Assembly (NCBI GenBank): GCA_022510585.1
Contig: JAFLTF010000004.1
Location: forward strand, 508-64,507
Origin: Lachnospiraceae bacterium
GTDB taxonomy: Bacteria; Bacillota; Clostridia; Lachnospirales; Lachnospiraceae
Length of the DNA stretch: 64,000 bases
Reading direction: 5' to 3'
The stretch's first letter is position 1. The number at the start of each line of letters is the position of its first letter. The notes under the pieces were generated by a model. The model worked only from the letters and a program-made list of their open reading frames with translations, ran no database searches and was not told where the DNA came from. Of the stretch, positions 18,585 through 28,919 are shown piece by piece. Position numbers and translations under genes: made by a program.

Positions 18585-19697
18585 ATGCGTACTGAAATAC
18601 TGAAAATAGATGATTACCAAATGGCATATCCCCTGCAGCGGATCGCTCCGCTTGAGAAAATTCTTTTTGTAGACATTGAAACCACCGGTTTTACAGCTAA
18701 AAGTTCTTCTTTATATCTGATCGGAATAGCTTATTATGCTGAAAACACCTGGTTTATTAAACAATGGTTTGCAGAAAACTATGAAGATGAAAAAGAGGTT
18801 TTGAATGCTTTCTTTTCTTTTGCTGACTCCTATAGCCACTTGATCCATTTTAACGGAAATAATTTCGATCTGCCTTATTTACTTCAAAAATGTGAACAAT
18901 ATGAACTTCCCTATACCTTTGATCATTTTGAGGGAATTGATTTATATAAAAGGATATCCCCCTATAAGTTTTTCTTAAATATCCCCAATTGTAAGCAAAA
19001 AACTTTGGAATCTTTCTTGGAAATTGACCGTAAGGATACTTATAATGGCGGTGAGTTGATTGGTATTTATCAAGATTATGTAAACCAGCCGTCCGAAAAT
19101 AATTATCACCTGCTTCTTTTACACAACAGCGATGACATGAGAGGCATGCTGCAGCTCACATCATTACTTGCTTATTATGACCTATTTAATGAAAAACTCA
19201 GGGCAATAAAGGTACAGGCCAACTCTTATCGAGACTATCACGGAAACCAACAACATGCGCTCTTGATGAAAATAGAGCTGCCCTGTATGCTCCCGCGTCC
19301 GCTTTCTATCGTGGCAAATGGATGTTACTTTAACAGCGATGGCATAGACGGTCTCATCAAGGTCCCTATTTATGACGAAGAGATGAAATTTTTTTATTCC
19401 AATTATAAAGATTATTATTATCTTCCCGAAGAGGATGTGGCACTGCACAAGTCAGTTGCTTCTTTCGTAGACAAGGAACATCGCACTCAGGCCACGGCCG
19501 CAACTTGTTATACCCGCAAAACTTCTTCTTATTTACCGCAGTGGGAACTTTTGGTAGAACCGTTTTTTAAACGCGATTATAAAAGCAAAGAGATGTTCTT
19601 TGAACTGACAGATGAATGTAAAAAGGACCGTATGCTTTTCTCCGAATATGCCGAACATATTCTGCATAAAATGCTTCAATTTGAAAAAAGATCATAA
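18585..19697 (+). CDS. YprB/MrfB-like RNase H-fold exonuclease
   Basis: FVDIETTGF, HFNGNNFDLPYL, KQKTLE..L..R.D, LLHNSDD; start moved to ATG 18585 behind a GAGGTG RBS. Confidence 0.85.
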   Translation: MRTEILKIDDYQMAYPLQRIAPLEKILFVDIETTGFTAKSSSLYLIGIAYYAENTWFIKQWFAENYEDEKEVLNAFFSFADSYSHLIHFNGNNFDLPYLLQKCEQYELPYTFDHFEGIDLYKRISPYKFFLNIPNCKQKTLESFLEIDRKDTYNGGELIGIYQDYVNQPSENNYHLLLLHNSDDMRGMLQLTSLLAYYDLFNEKLRAIKVQANSYRDYHGNQQHALLMKIELPCMLPRPLSIVANGCYFNSDGIDGLIKVPIYDEEMKFFYSNYKDYYYLPEEDVALHKSVASFVDKEHRTQATAATCYTRKTSSYLPQWELLVEPFFKRDYKSKEMFFELTDECKKDRMLFSEYAEHILHKMLQFEKRS

Positions 19698-19744
19698 AAA
19701 AGGAAGAGTCGTTAAAATGGCTCCTCCTCACTTTTATTGTCCTA

Positions 19745-20521
19745 TTACTCTTTTCCGTAAAAGAATGAATTCTTTCTGACAAAACCAATCTCTTTATAGT
19801 TGATGATCTGCTCTGTACTTCCGATAAACAGGAAACCACCCGGCTTAATGTTCTTTTGGAACTTGCGGAACACTTCTTCTTTTGCTTCTTCCGTAAAATA
19901 AATCAATACATTACGGCATACGATCAAATGGCAATCCGTAGGATATGTATCTTTTAACAGGTTATGTTCTTTAAATTCCACTCTTGCCTTAATATCATTG
20001 GAAATCTGATAAGAGGGACCGATTTTGGTAAAATATTTCTTTTTCAGGTCATCCGGTACGCTGGCAATGCTTTTCTCAGCATATAAACCTGTTTTAGCCT
20101 TTGCAATGACCTGCTTGTCTATATCCGTTGCATGTATCTTAATCTGCTCCAACGGAAGATGCCTCGACAACGCCATAACCAGAGAATAAGGCTCATCACC
20201 GGTAGAACAGGCAGCGCTCCAGATTTTCAGATTTTTACCGAACTTCTTGATCAATTCGGGGAAAATTTCTTTATCCATAATCTGCCACTGTTCCGGATTG
20301 CGATAAAATTCCGAAACATTGATTGTCAGATAATTGACAAACTCATCAAACAATCTGGTATCTTTTTTCAGAGCTGCAACATAATTATCATAGCCTGTAA
20401 TCTTATTCTTAGATATCAGAGTATCGATACGACGCTTCATCTGCTTTTCTTTATAAGCACTCAAATCAATTTTAGTCAAATCCAGAACTGCTTTTTTGAA
20501 ATACTCATAATCATATGCCAT
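19745..20521 (-). CDS. cheR: Chemotaxis protein-glutamate methyltransferase
   Basis: LTINVSEFYRNP, IWSAACSTGDEPYSL, ATDID, IVCRNVLIYF, GGFLFIGSTE; start taken at MAYDYEY. Confidence 0.94.
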   Translation of the reverse strand: MAYDYEYFKKAVLDLTKIDLSAYKEKQMKRRIDTLISKNKITGYDNYVAALKKDTRLFDEFVNYLTINVSEFYRNPEQWQIMDKEIFPELIKKFGKNLKIWSAACSTGDEPYSLVMALSRHLPLEQIKIHATDIDKQVIAKAKTGLYAEKSIASVPDDLKKKYFTKIGPSYQISNDIKARVEFKEHNLLKDTYPTDCHLIVCRNVLIYFTEEAKEEVFRKFQKNIKPGGFLFIGSTEQIINYKEIGFVRKNSFFYGKE

Positions 20522-20543
20522 ACTTAATTCCCACTCTCTCTCT

Positions 20544-21701
20544 TTATTCTTGCGCTTCTTCTTCCTTTTCGTTTGCAATGACCGATTCGATATCTACAGA
20601 GACAACATCCGCATCATCTTCCTCTTCCACTGTCTCTTCTTTCGGTTCCGGAGCCAACATCGCTTTGATACTCAGGCTGATCTTCTTATCTTCTTCGTTA
20701 AAATCAACCACTTTAGCTGTCACTTCTTCTCCAACTTTAAGAACGTCTGAAGGCTTTTCAATATGTTCCTTTGAAATCTGTGAAACATGAAGAAGGGCAT
20801 CAATACCGGACTCTAACTCAATGAATGCGCCAAAATCCGTCATACGTGCAACTTTTCCGGTCACTTCGTTACCAACTGCATATTTGGTTGCTGCATCCTT
20901 CCAAGGATTTTCATCCTCAAATTTCAGACTGAGTGCAATCTTGTTGCCGGAAATTTCTTTGATCAAAACTTTCAGCTGATCGCCGACTTTAAATACTTTT
21001 TTGGGATTCTCAACCCTGCCCCATGACATCTCGGAAATGTGAAGCAGACCGTCCATACCGCCCAAATCGATAAATGCACCGAAATCCGTTACATTTTTAA
21101 CGGTACCTTCTACTGTATCACCTTCTTTGAGGCTTTCTAAAAGCTTTCTCTGTAACTCAGCTTTCTCTGCTACAAGAAGCTGCTTGCGGTCACCGATATA
21201 TCTTCTCCTTTTCGGGTTATATTCGCTTATAACAAACTGAATTTCCTCTCCTGCATACTTTGTAAGATCTTTCTCATAAGTATCGGATACAAGACTTGCA
21301 GGAATAAAGATTCTGACTTCTTCCACAACCACGCTTAGACCGCCGTCCAATACCTGCGTTACTTTAGCTGTCAGCACTTCATTATTATTATATGCCTCCT
21401 CAATGCGTTTATTACCTCTGTCAGCAGCAAGGCGTTTGTATGTCAAAAGTACCTGTCCCTCTCCGTCATTTACCTTCAATACCTTGACTTCCATCGTATC
21501 ACCGGGTTTCACCACCGTAGTCAGATCCATATTTGGTTCGTTTGTATATTCATTTTTCGTAAGAATACCGTCTGACTTGTATCCGATATTAAGAACGATC
21601 TCGTCCGGCTTCACATCGATGACTGTACCTTCAACAACCTCTCCTGCATGTATTGTCTTTAAAGAATCTTCTAACATTTGTTCAAAAGTTAATTCTGACA
21701 T
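20544..21701 (-). CDS. rpsA: 30S ribosomal protein S1
   Basis: Four S1 repeats (e.g. FGAFIDLGGMDGLLHISE); follows cmk-ispH. Confidence 0.95.
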   Translation of the reverse strand: MSELTFEQMLEDSLKTIHAGEVVEGTVIDVKPDEIVLNIGYKSDGILTKNEYTNEPNMDLTTVVKPGDTMEVKVLKVNDGEGQVLLTYKRLAADRGNKRIEEAYNNNEVLTAKVTQVLDGGLSVVVEEVRIFIPASLVSDTYEKDLTKYAGEEIQFVISEYNPKRRRYIGDRKQLLVAEKAELQRKLLESLKEGDTVEGTVKNVTDFGAFIDLGGMDGLLHISEMSWGRVENPKKVFKVGDQLKVLIKEISGNKIALSLKFEDENPWKDAATKYAVGNEVTGKVARMTDFGAFIELESGIDALLHVSQISKEHIEKPSDVLKVGEEVTAKVVDFNEEDKKISLSIKAMLAPEPKEETVEEEDDADVVSVDIESVIANEKEEEAQE

Positions 21702-22542
21702 AATTTTGAACCTCCTCGATAATATTGTTTGGGGTCGATGCCCCTGCTGTAATACCCACCAGTCGGACAGATTTAGGTATATCTAAATGCAAGTCATCCA
21801 GTGTCTGTATAAAATATGTGTTTTCACATTCCTGCATACAGATTTCATATAACTTCCGTGTGTTAGAACTATGATTACCACCTATTACTATCATAATATC
21901 AACCTGAGCTGCTATTTTTCTAGCCTCGGCTTGTCTTACTTCCGTAGCGTTACATATAGTATTCACAACAATAACATTGTAACCTTTTTGATTAAAAATT
22001 TCAACTATATCTTGAAATTTATTGTAGTTATATGTCGTCTGGGAAACAATGCAAATTTCTTTATCACCAGTATAATTAAAATTTTCCGCTTCTTCCAAAG
22101 ACTCTATTACAATTGCCGGAGTACGGCACCATCCCATGATTCCTTCCACCTCTGGATGACCGGCATTGCCGATTACAACGATCTGTTTTCCTGCCGCGCT
22201 CTCTTTTTCCACAATATCATGTATTCTTTTCACAAAAGGACAAGTGGCGTCAACACATTTCAGCCCTTGTCTCTCTATCTGCTTATAAATGCGTTCAGAT
22301 ATCCCATGGGCGCGAATGATGACACAGCCTTCTTTGATCCGAGCCAGTTCTTCTTCCGACTCAATGACACAGACCCCTTTTTTTGCCAAATCCTTTACAA
22401 CTTCTTCATTATGGGTAATCGGACCGTAGGTATAAATTTCCCCGCCTGACTGTATCTGTTCATAGACGGTATCTACCGCCCTTTTGACACCGAAACAAAA
22501 ACCGGAATTCTCTGCAAGCAATACTTCCATTTCTGTGATCAC
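21682..22542 (-). CDS. ispH: 4-hydroxy-3-methylbut-2-enyl diphosphate reductase
   Basis: GFCFGVKRA, IRAHG, DATCPFV, HPEV, SQTT, TICNAT, SSNT, GITAGASTP. Confidence 0.96.
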   Translation of the reverse strand: MITEMEVLLAENSGFCFGVKRAVDTVYEQIQSGGEIYTYGPITHNEEVVKDLAKKGVCVIESEEELARIKEGCVIIRAHGISERIYKQIERQGLKCVDATCPFVKRIHDIVEKESAAGKQIVVIGNAGHPEVEGIMGWCRTPAIVIESLEEAENFNYTGDKEICIVSQTTYNYNKFQDIVEIFNQKGYNVIVVNTICNATEVRQAEARKIAAQVDIMIVIGGNHSSNTRKLYEICMQECENTYFIQTLDDLHLDIPKSVRLVGITAGASTPNNIIEEVQNYVRINF

Positions 22543-22565
22543 GCCTTTCTTTCAGTCCGCAGCAT

Positions 22566-23243
22566 TTATACCTTTTTTCCCGTCTTCTTTTCTACCATAT
22601 CGATGATCATATCCGCCACTTCTTCAATCGTCATATAGGAAGAATCCACAAATACTGCATCATCTGCCGGTTTCAATGGGGAGATCTCCCTTGTCATATC
22701 CTGATGGTCACGCAGGGCGATCTCTTTTTCAATGACATCAATGTCACATTCTTCCCCCTTTGCAAGCAGTTCCTTATATCGTCTCTCGGCACGCACTCTG
22801 CTGCTTGCCGTCAGAAAAATTTTCACTTCCGCATCCGGCAGTACACAAGTCCCGATATCTCTTCCATCCATTACCACATCAGTATCTGCAGCCAATTTCT
22901 GCTGCAGCTCTACAAGCTTCTTTCGAACATTCGGATTTGCGCTGGTGTGAGAAGCCATATTGCTTACCTGCTGGGTTCGGATCATACCATTGACATTCTC
23001 TTTGTTTAAATAAACAACCTGCTCTCCATTCTCATAGCGAATCGTAATATCTGCTTCTTTACATTTTGCATTGATGCCTTCTGTATCCTCAGGATCGATA
23101 TTTTCATTCATCAAAAAAAGCGCCATTGCCCGATACATTGCTCCGGTATCCACATAAATAAAACCCAGCTGTCCTGCAACCTTTTTGGCAATCGTACTCT
23201 TCCCAGCCCCGGCAGGTCCGTCTATTGCAATCTTATATCCCAT
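22566..23243 (-). CDS. cmk: Cytidylate kinase
   Basis: IAIDGPAGAGKST, DTGAMYR, MDGRDIGT, RAERR. Confidence 0.96.
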   Translation of the reverse strand: MGYKIAIDGPAGAGKSTIAKKVAGQLGFIYVDTGAMYRAMALFLMNENIDPEDTEGINAKCKEADITIRYENGEQVVYLNKENVNGMIRTQQVSNMASHTSANPNVRKKLVELQQKLAADTDVVMDGRDIGTCVLPDAEVKIFLTASSRVRAERRYKELLAKGEECDIDVIEKEIALRDHQDMTREISPLKPADDAVFVDSSYMTIEEVADMIIDMVEKKTGKKV

Positions 23244-23269
23244 AAATTACTCCTTTTTCCATTCTAAAT

Positions 23270-24520
23270 TTAGCTTATGCTTGTGCCTGCCAGATACCCG
23301 GTCGACCATGCGATCTGCAAATTAAAGCCGCCTGTCAAAGCATCTAAATCAAGCAGTTCTCCAGCAAAAAACAATCCTCTTATCAGCTTGGATTCCATTG
23401 TGGAAGGATTGATCTCTTTCACATGGATACCGCCCTGTGTAATAATTGCCTCCTCAAAATCTCTGGTGCCGTTTATATGAAGCAGAAGATGTTTGGTATG
23501 ATATACCAGTCTCTTTCTTTCCTCTTTGGTGATCTCATGTACTCTTTTATCCGGAGAAATATCGGAAAGATCAATCATAACCGGTATCAGCCTGGCAGGA
23601 TATAGACCATTTAAAGCGTTTTTAAACTGTCTGTTCAGATTCTCTTCAAAATCCCGTAAGATTCTTTTATCCAGCTGTTCTTCAGACAATGCGGGTTTCA
23701 GATCCACTTCACAGGTAACCGCTTCCTTTTTCTTACATCGTTCATAAAAACTGCTGGCGCTAAGCACAAGCGGTCCGCTGATACCGAAATGGGTAAAAAG
23801 CATCTCTCCAAATCCCTGATATACTTTTTTTTCGCCATCCGACATGGTCAGATTCACATTCTTCAGGGATAGTCCCTGCAGACTGTAACACCAATTATCC
23901 GCCACTTCCAGAGGCACCAGCGACGGTGTACAGTCTGTGATCTTATGTCCCAAAGTTTTTGCCATGCGATGACCGTCTCCCGTAGCGCCCGTGGACGAAT
24001 AAGACAATCCTCCTGTTGCCAGGATCACCGCATCTGCATATTCTTTTTGTCCGTCTGACAGACATACACCTTTTACTTGTCCATTCGACGTTCCATCTGT
24101 CGCAGGATCTGTCAGGATCGCCTTTACTTTTGTATGAAGACGAATCTCCACTTGTTTTTTTCTCAATACGCGCTGCAACGCCGCAATCACGTCGGAGGAA
24201 TGATCGGAAACGGGAAATACCCGTTCTCCTCTCTCAATTTTAAGATGGCAGCCTGCTTCTTCCAAAAATCTCATCATCTGCCTGTTGTCAAAACCATAAA
24301 ATGCACTATATAAGAATTTAGGATTGGACATCACATTTTCAAAAAACTTGTCTAAGTCGCAGGCATTTGTTACGTTGCATCTGCCCTTCCCTGTAATAAA
24401 AAGTTTTTTTCCTAATTTTTCATTCTGCTCTAAAAGAAGCACCGAATGCCCTTTATCTGCCGCGCCTACAGCTGCCATCATACCGGCAGCTCCGCCGCCA
24501 ATTATAATTACTCTGCTCAT
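23270..24520 (-). CDS. HI0933/YhiN family flavoprotein
   Basis: IIGGGAAG, ITGKGRCNVTN, ATGG.SY..TG.TGDG, LFTHFGISGP, TGGFNLQ.AWSTG; ATGA overlap with the upstream gene. Confidence 0.92.
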   Translation of the reverse strand: MSRVIIIGGGAAGMMAAVGAADKGHSVLLLEQNEKLGKKLFITGKGRCNVTNACDLDKFFENVMSNPKFLYSAFYGFDNRQMMRFLEEAGCHLKIERGERVFPVSDHSSDVIAALQRVLRKKQVEIRLHTKVKAILTDPATDGTSNGQVKGVCLSDGQKEYADAVILATGGLSYSSTGATGDGHRMAKTLGHKITDCTPSLVPLEVADNWCYSLQGLSLKNVNLTMSDGEKKVYQGFGEMLFTHFGISGPLVLSASSFYERCKKKEAVTCEVDLKPALSEEQLDKRILRDFEENLNRQFKNALNGLYPARLIPVMIDLSDISPDKRVHEITKEERKRLVYHTKHLLLHINGTRDFEEAIITQGGIHVKEINPSTMESKLIRGLFFAGELLDLDALTGGFNLQIAWSTGYLAGTSIS

Positions 24521-25452
24521 TTCTTTTCTTTCCACAAAGGATAATTCAGCATCGGTTCCTCATCGATGAAATTTATTTCATCATTCAAATAAACCTGATA
24601 ATTGTTCCATGCATATTCCAAGTCTCTCAAATTCCTTTTCACTTCTTCCGGTCGTTTCAGACAGAGTGCGACTACAAGTGCATTGATCAGACTAAGCGGT
24701 GCAACCAGAGAATCTACAATAGACACCATATCGCTTCTGGCAAGAAGATTACAGGATGAGTATAAATTCATCGGCGAATGCACTGTATCTGTAATAGTGA
24801 TCACCTTCGCATTTCTGTCATTTGCATATTCCATGGCTTTTAAGGTACGCATGGAGTATCTGGGAAAACTGATGCCAATGATGGCATCTTTCTCATCGAT
24901 CCGTATCATCTGCTCAAATGTCTCCGACACACTTGTGGTTCTAAGAAGCATCACATTTCCGCGGATCATATTTAAATAGAAATGTAAAAAATCAGCTAAT
25001 GGTGCGCAGCTTCTGATGCCCATTATGTACACATTTCTGGCATCCAGAATAATATTGACAGCCGTTTCAAAAGCAACAGGATCCAGATGTTGTATCGTAT
25101 CATTGATTTTTTCGATATCTGCATTTAATACGGAGGTCAAAATCTCCGATTGGGTACTTTGTCCGTATTTTACGCCGATTCTTTGTACGGAATTAATTTT
25201 ATTCTGTACCCATTCTTCCAAGTCTTTTTGAAATTCAGGGTAGCCGTTATAACCGATAGAAGAAGCAAACCGCACAACTGTGGATTCACTGACTCCCACC
25301 GTCTCTCCTAACTTTGCCGCCGTCATAAACACTGCCTGATCATAGTGGTCGTAGATAAAGGCTGCTATCATTTTCTGACTCTTACTCATTTTCGAAACAT
25401 AATCATTAATCCTGGTAATGACATCGTATCGATTTTCCATCTGAATGTTCAA
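24517..25452 (-). CDS. MurR/RpiR family transcriptional regulator
   Basis: GVSESTVVRFA..GY.GYPEFQ HTH; SIS domain ISFPRYS. Confidence 0.93.
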   Translation of the reverse strand: MNIQMENRYDVITRINDYVSKMSKSQKMIAAFIYDHYDQAVFMTAAKLGETVGVSESTVVRFASSIGYNGYPEFQKDLEEWVQNKINSVQRIGVKYGQSTQSEILTSVLNADIEKINDTIQHLDPVAFETAVNIILDARNVYIMGIRSCAPLADFLHFYLNMIRGNVMLLRTTSVSETFEQMIRIDEKDAIIGISFPRYSMRTLKAMEYANDRNAKVITITDTVHSPMNLYSSCNLLARSDMVSIVDSLVAPLSLINALVVALCLKRPEEVKRNLRDLEYAWNNYQVYLNDEINFIDEEPMLNYPLWKEKK

Positions 25453-25512
25453 CCCTTTCCCATCTCATCCTTACCGTATCCACGCAATCTTTCCGATTGC
25501 TTTCTTCTTTCA

Positions 25513-26085
25513 TTACATTGTTTGCATAAAAGCGTGATAGGAATCTTCTAAAATGGTTATCGTTTCTTCTTCTTTCAGATCATAATCCCCCGTTAAGGAC
25601 ATACATGCCGCCCCATGGATAAAAATCCACATTTTCATGAACATTGCGCTGGGATTCGTACAACCTTGCAGTTTGGCGGAATTAATTTCCTTTACAATAA
25701 TACCGTCTTGCCCATTCATAATATCATATAAACTTTTTCCATGCCTGTTTTCGGAATCGAACAACAACCGGAATAATTTGGGATTTTCCTGTGCAAATCG
25801 AATATAGGCAAGTCCGAGATTTACAAATGGTGTATCGTTTTTCTTTGGAAACTCATTATAATATGCGCCAAAATATTCTATTACCTGGTCAAACAGTTCT
25901 TTTCCTAATTCCTCCATATTCTTATACACCCTGAAAATAGGCTGTGTAGAGCACCCTGCCCTTGCCGCAAGAGTTCTTGCTGTCACATGGTCAAAACCCT
26001 CTTCGCTTGCCATCTCAAAAGCTGCATTCAGAATATCCTTTTTTGTAATTGTTTCTTTTCTTGCCATATTACACATCCTCACCAT
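25513..26085 (-). CDS. TetR/AcrR family transcriptional regulator
   Basis: TARTLAARAGCSTQPIFRVYKNMEEL HTH; WHG-type C-terminus (WIFIHG). Confidence 0.9.
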   Translation of the reverse strand: MVRMCNMARKETITKKDILNAAFEMASEEGFDHVTARTLAARAGCSTQPIFRVYKNMEELGKELFDQVIEYFGAYYNEFPKKNDTPFVNLGLAYIRFAQENPKLFRLLFDSENRHGKSLYDIMNGQDGIIVKEINSAKLQGCTNPSAMFMKMWIFIHGAACMSLTGDYDLKEEETITILEDSYHAFMQTM

Positions 26086-26105
26086 TCTTTGAAAACAAGT
26101 TTTTT

Positions 26106-26146
26106 ATAACATACGTTATTATAATATATAATACAAGCCCCGTCAA
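26106..26146 (-). promoter_or_regulatory. Sigma-A promoter of tetR with overlapping palindrome (candidate auto-operator)
   Basis: Minus strand TTGACG-17 nt-TATAAT (26146-26118); ATAAC-N4-GTTAT at 26106-26119. Confidence 0.7.
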
Positions 26147-26166
26147 TCACCAAATGCGCAGATATA

Positions 26167-26204
26167 TAAAAAAGTGCCCCTGCCAAACGACAGAGACACT
26201 TTTT
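26167..26204 (-). terminator. Intrinsic terminator of the decarboxylase operon
   Basis: Minus strand AGTGTCTCTGTC-gttt-GGCAGGGGCACT followed by a T run. Confidence 0.8.
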
Positions 26205-26264
26205 ATTTATATTATTTCACTGGAAGTTTTGCCTTAGCAAAACTTTCGTCTAAATGCGCAGCAT

Positions 26265-27692
26265 TTAGACTGGGTATGCTGCATTTTTCGTATCAGCCTG
26301 CGTCATATCCACTTTTTCCTGTTGAGCCTGACGATATTTAAAGAAATCGGTAGCTACCTGAGGGAACAGTGCATAGGACAATACGTCCTCATCCTGCTGT
26401 TTCCACTCTTTCATTTCAGCTTCCAGCTTATCCATCTCATTTTCAAGCAGATCGGCGGGACGGCATGTGATTCTCTTCTCACCCGGAATAACCTTGTCAA
26501 TTACTTCCTGATTCATCGGTTTTACGGTCTGTCCGTACTCACCGCGAAGAACTGCCTTCGTTTCCTTGGTTGCCATCTTGTATCTCTCACCCATAAGCAC
26601 ATTGAAGACTGCCTGTGTACCTACGATCTGTGAAGACGGTGTAACAAGCGGCGGCTCACCTAAGTCTTTTCTAACCTGAGGAATCTCTTTCAATACATCA
26701 TAGTACTTATCTTCCGCATTCTGCTCTTTCAACTGGCTTACCATATTAGAAAGCATACCGCCCGGTACCTGATATAACAATGTCTTGATATCAACGCCCA
26801 TAACCTTCGGATTCAACAGTCCGCTTGCAAGACATTCGTCTCTGTACGGTCTGAAGTAATCTGCGATCTCCGCAAGCAGGTTCTGGTCATATCCCGTATC
26901 ATAAGGGGTTCCTTTGAAGGTTTCCACCATAACTTCCGTTGCAGGCTGGGATGTACCCATAGCAAAAGGAGAGATTGCACAGTCAATTACATCTACCCCC
27001 GCCTCTACCGCTTTCAAATAAGTCATACCTGCTACACCAGATGTATAGTGTGTATGCAACTGAATCGGCAATTTGGTCGCAGACTTCATTGCTGAGATCA
27101 TTTCAGATGCCTTATAAGGAACCAGAAGACCAGCCATATCCTTGATACAGATAGAATCAGCGCCCATTTCCTCAATTTTCTTCGCCATATCCATCCAATA
27201 TTCCATAGTATAAGCATCACCCAGCGTATAAGACAATGCTACCTGCGCATGTCCCCTGCCTTCCTGTTTCTTTACTTTATTAGTAGCATTAACAGCTTCC
27301 TGCAGGTTTCTCAGATCGTTAAGACAGTCAAAGATACGGATGATATCAATACCGTTTGCTATAGACTTCTCTACGAAACTGTCTACCACGTCATCAGCAT
27401 ATGGTCTGTATCCTAAGATGTTCTGGCCTCTAAAGAGCATCTGAAGTTTTGTATTCTTAAACCCGTCTCTCAATTTTCTAAGTCTATCCCAGGGATCTTC
27501 CTTCAGGAAACGAAGGGATGCATCAAATGTTGCACCGCCCCAACACTCTACTGCATGATAACCAACTTTATCCATTTTATCTACGATTGGAAGCATCATT
27601 TCGGTAGGCATTCTGGTAGCAATCAAAGACTGATGTGCATCACGCAGAATGGTTTCCATAATTCCAACCGGTTTTTTAGCCTGTTCTGCCAT
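26265..27692 (-). CDS. oadA: Oxaloacetate decarboxylase alpha / pyruvate carboxyltransferase subunit (no fused biotin domain)
   Basis: LRDAHQSLIATRM, ECWGGATFD, IKDMAG, LHTH, QVPGGMLSN, PLVTPSSQIVG. Confidence 0.88.
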   Translation of the reverse strand: MAEQAKKPVGIMETILRDAHQSLIATRMPTEMMLPIVDKMDKVGYHAVECWGGATFDASLRFLKEDPWDRLRKLRDGFKNTKLQMLFRGQNILGYRPYADDVVDSFVEKSIANGIDIIRIFDCLNDLRNLQEAVNATNKVKKQEGRGHAQVALSYTLGDAYTMEYWMDMAKKIEEMGADSICIKDMAGLLVPYKASEMISAMKSATKLPIQLHTHYTSGVAGMTYLKAVEAGVDVIDCAISPFAMGTSQPATEVMVETFKGTPYDTGYDQNLLAEIADYFRPYRDECLASGLLNPKVMGVDIKTLLYQVPGGMLSNMVSQLKEQNAEDKYYDVLKEIPQVRKDLGEPPLVTPSSQIVGTQAVFNVLMGERYKMATKETKAVLRGEYGQTVKPMNQEVIDKVIPGEKRITCRPADLLENEMDKLEAEMKEWKQQDEDVLSYALFPQVATDFFKYRQAQQEKVDMTQADTKNAAYPV

Positions 27693-27736
27693 TTCTATTT
27701 CCTCCTCTATTTTATATTATTAATCTATTAAACTGT

Positions 27737-28885
27737 TTAGAATACTCCGAATACCGCCATAAAGGTACCTGCTGCTACCGCAGTACCGATAACGCCTGCC
27801 ACGTTAGGTCCCATAGCATGCATCAACAGGAAATTCGTAGGATCTGCCTCTGCACCGACTTTCTGGGAAACCCTTGCCGCCATCGGAACGGCAGATACAC
27901 CTGCGGAGCCAATCAGAGGATTGACAGCTCCTTTCGTCAGTATGCACATCAGTTTACCGAATATTACACCTGCCGCAGTACCGAAGCAGAATGCTATCAG
28001 ACCAAGCGCCACAATTTTCAAAGTATCGGCATTCAAGAACGCTTCCGCACTGGTTGTTGCTCCTACGGATGTACCGAGAATAATAACAACAATATACATC
28101 AGCGCATTGGATGCGGTATCTGTCAACTGCCTTACAACACCGGACTCCCTGAACAGATTACCTAACATCAGCATACCAATCAATGGAGCCGTTGTAGGAA
28201 GGATCAAAGACACCACAATTGTAACGATGATCGGAAACAGAATTTTTTCCAGTTTGGAAACCGGACGAAGCTGTGCCATTTTAATTTTTCTTTCTTTTTC
28301 TGTAGTCAAAAGCTTCATAATGGGCGGTTGGATAATCGGTACCAAAGACATATAAGAATATGCCGCCACCGCAATCGGTCCAAGCAATGATGTCTGCTGC
28401 AATTTTCCGGCAAGGAAAATAGAAGTAGGTCCATCCGCACCACCGATAATAGAAATCGCCGCAGCTGCTTTATCATTGAAGCCCATAGCGATTGCGCCAA
28501 AGTAAGCCGCAAAAATACCAAACTGTGCTGCCGCACCGAGCAGGAAACTCTTTGGATTTGCAATAAGAGGACCAAAGTCCGTCATTGCACCGACTCCCAT
28601 AAAAATCAGGGAAGGTAAGATCGCCCACTCATCCAGTTTGTAGAAATAATACAGTAAACCGCCGCCCATACCGCCTTCACCGTACTCTGCCATAATATCC
28701 GGATAGATATTCACAAGCAACATACCGAAGGCTATCGGAACTAAAAGAAGCGGTTCAAATTCAAATCTGATAGCCAGAAATAGGAATACCAAAGCTACCA
28801 CAATCATCACATAGTTTCCCCATGTCAAATTGAAGAACGCTGTCTGATGTATCAGATTGGATAGCGTATTTGTGATGTAATCCAT
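27737..28885 (-). CDS. oadB: Na+-translocating decarboxylase beta subunit
   Basis: [51 protein letters not shown]. Confidence 0.95.
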   Translation of the reverse strand: MDYITNTLSNLIHQTAFFNLTWGNYVMIVVALVFLFLAIRFEFEPLLLVPIAFGMLLVNIYPDIMAEYGEGGMGGGLLYYFYKLDEWAILPSLIFMGVGAMTDFGPLIANPKSFLLGAAAQFGIFAAYFGAIAMGFNDKAAAAISIIGGADGPTSIFLAGKLQQTSLLGPIAVAAYSYMSLVPIIQPPIMKLLTTEKERKIKMAQLRPVSKLEKILFPIIVTIVVSLILPTTAPLIGMLMLGNLFRESGVVRQLTDTASNALMYIVVIILGTSVGATTSAEAFLNADTLKIVALGLIAFCFGTAAGVIFGKLMCILTKGAVNPLIGSAGVSAVPMAARVSQKVGAEADPTNFLLMHAMGPNVAGVIGTAVAAGTFMAVFGVF

Positions 28886-28919
28886 GTTTTTACCTCCTGT
28901 AGTAATGATACAAATACAT

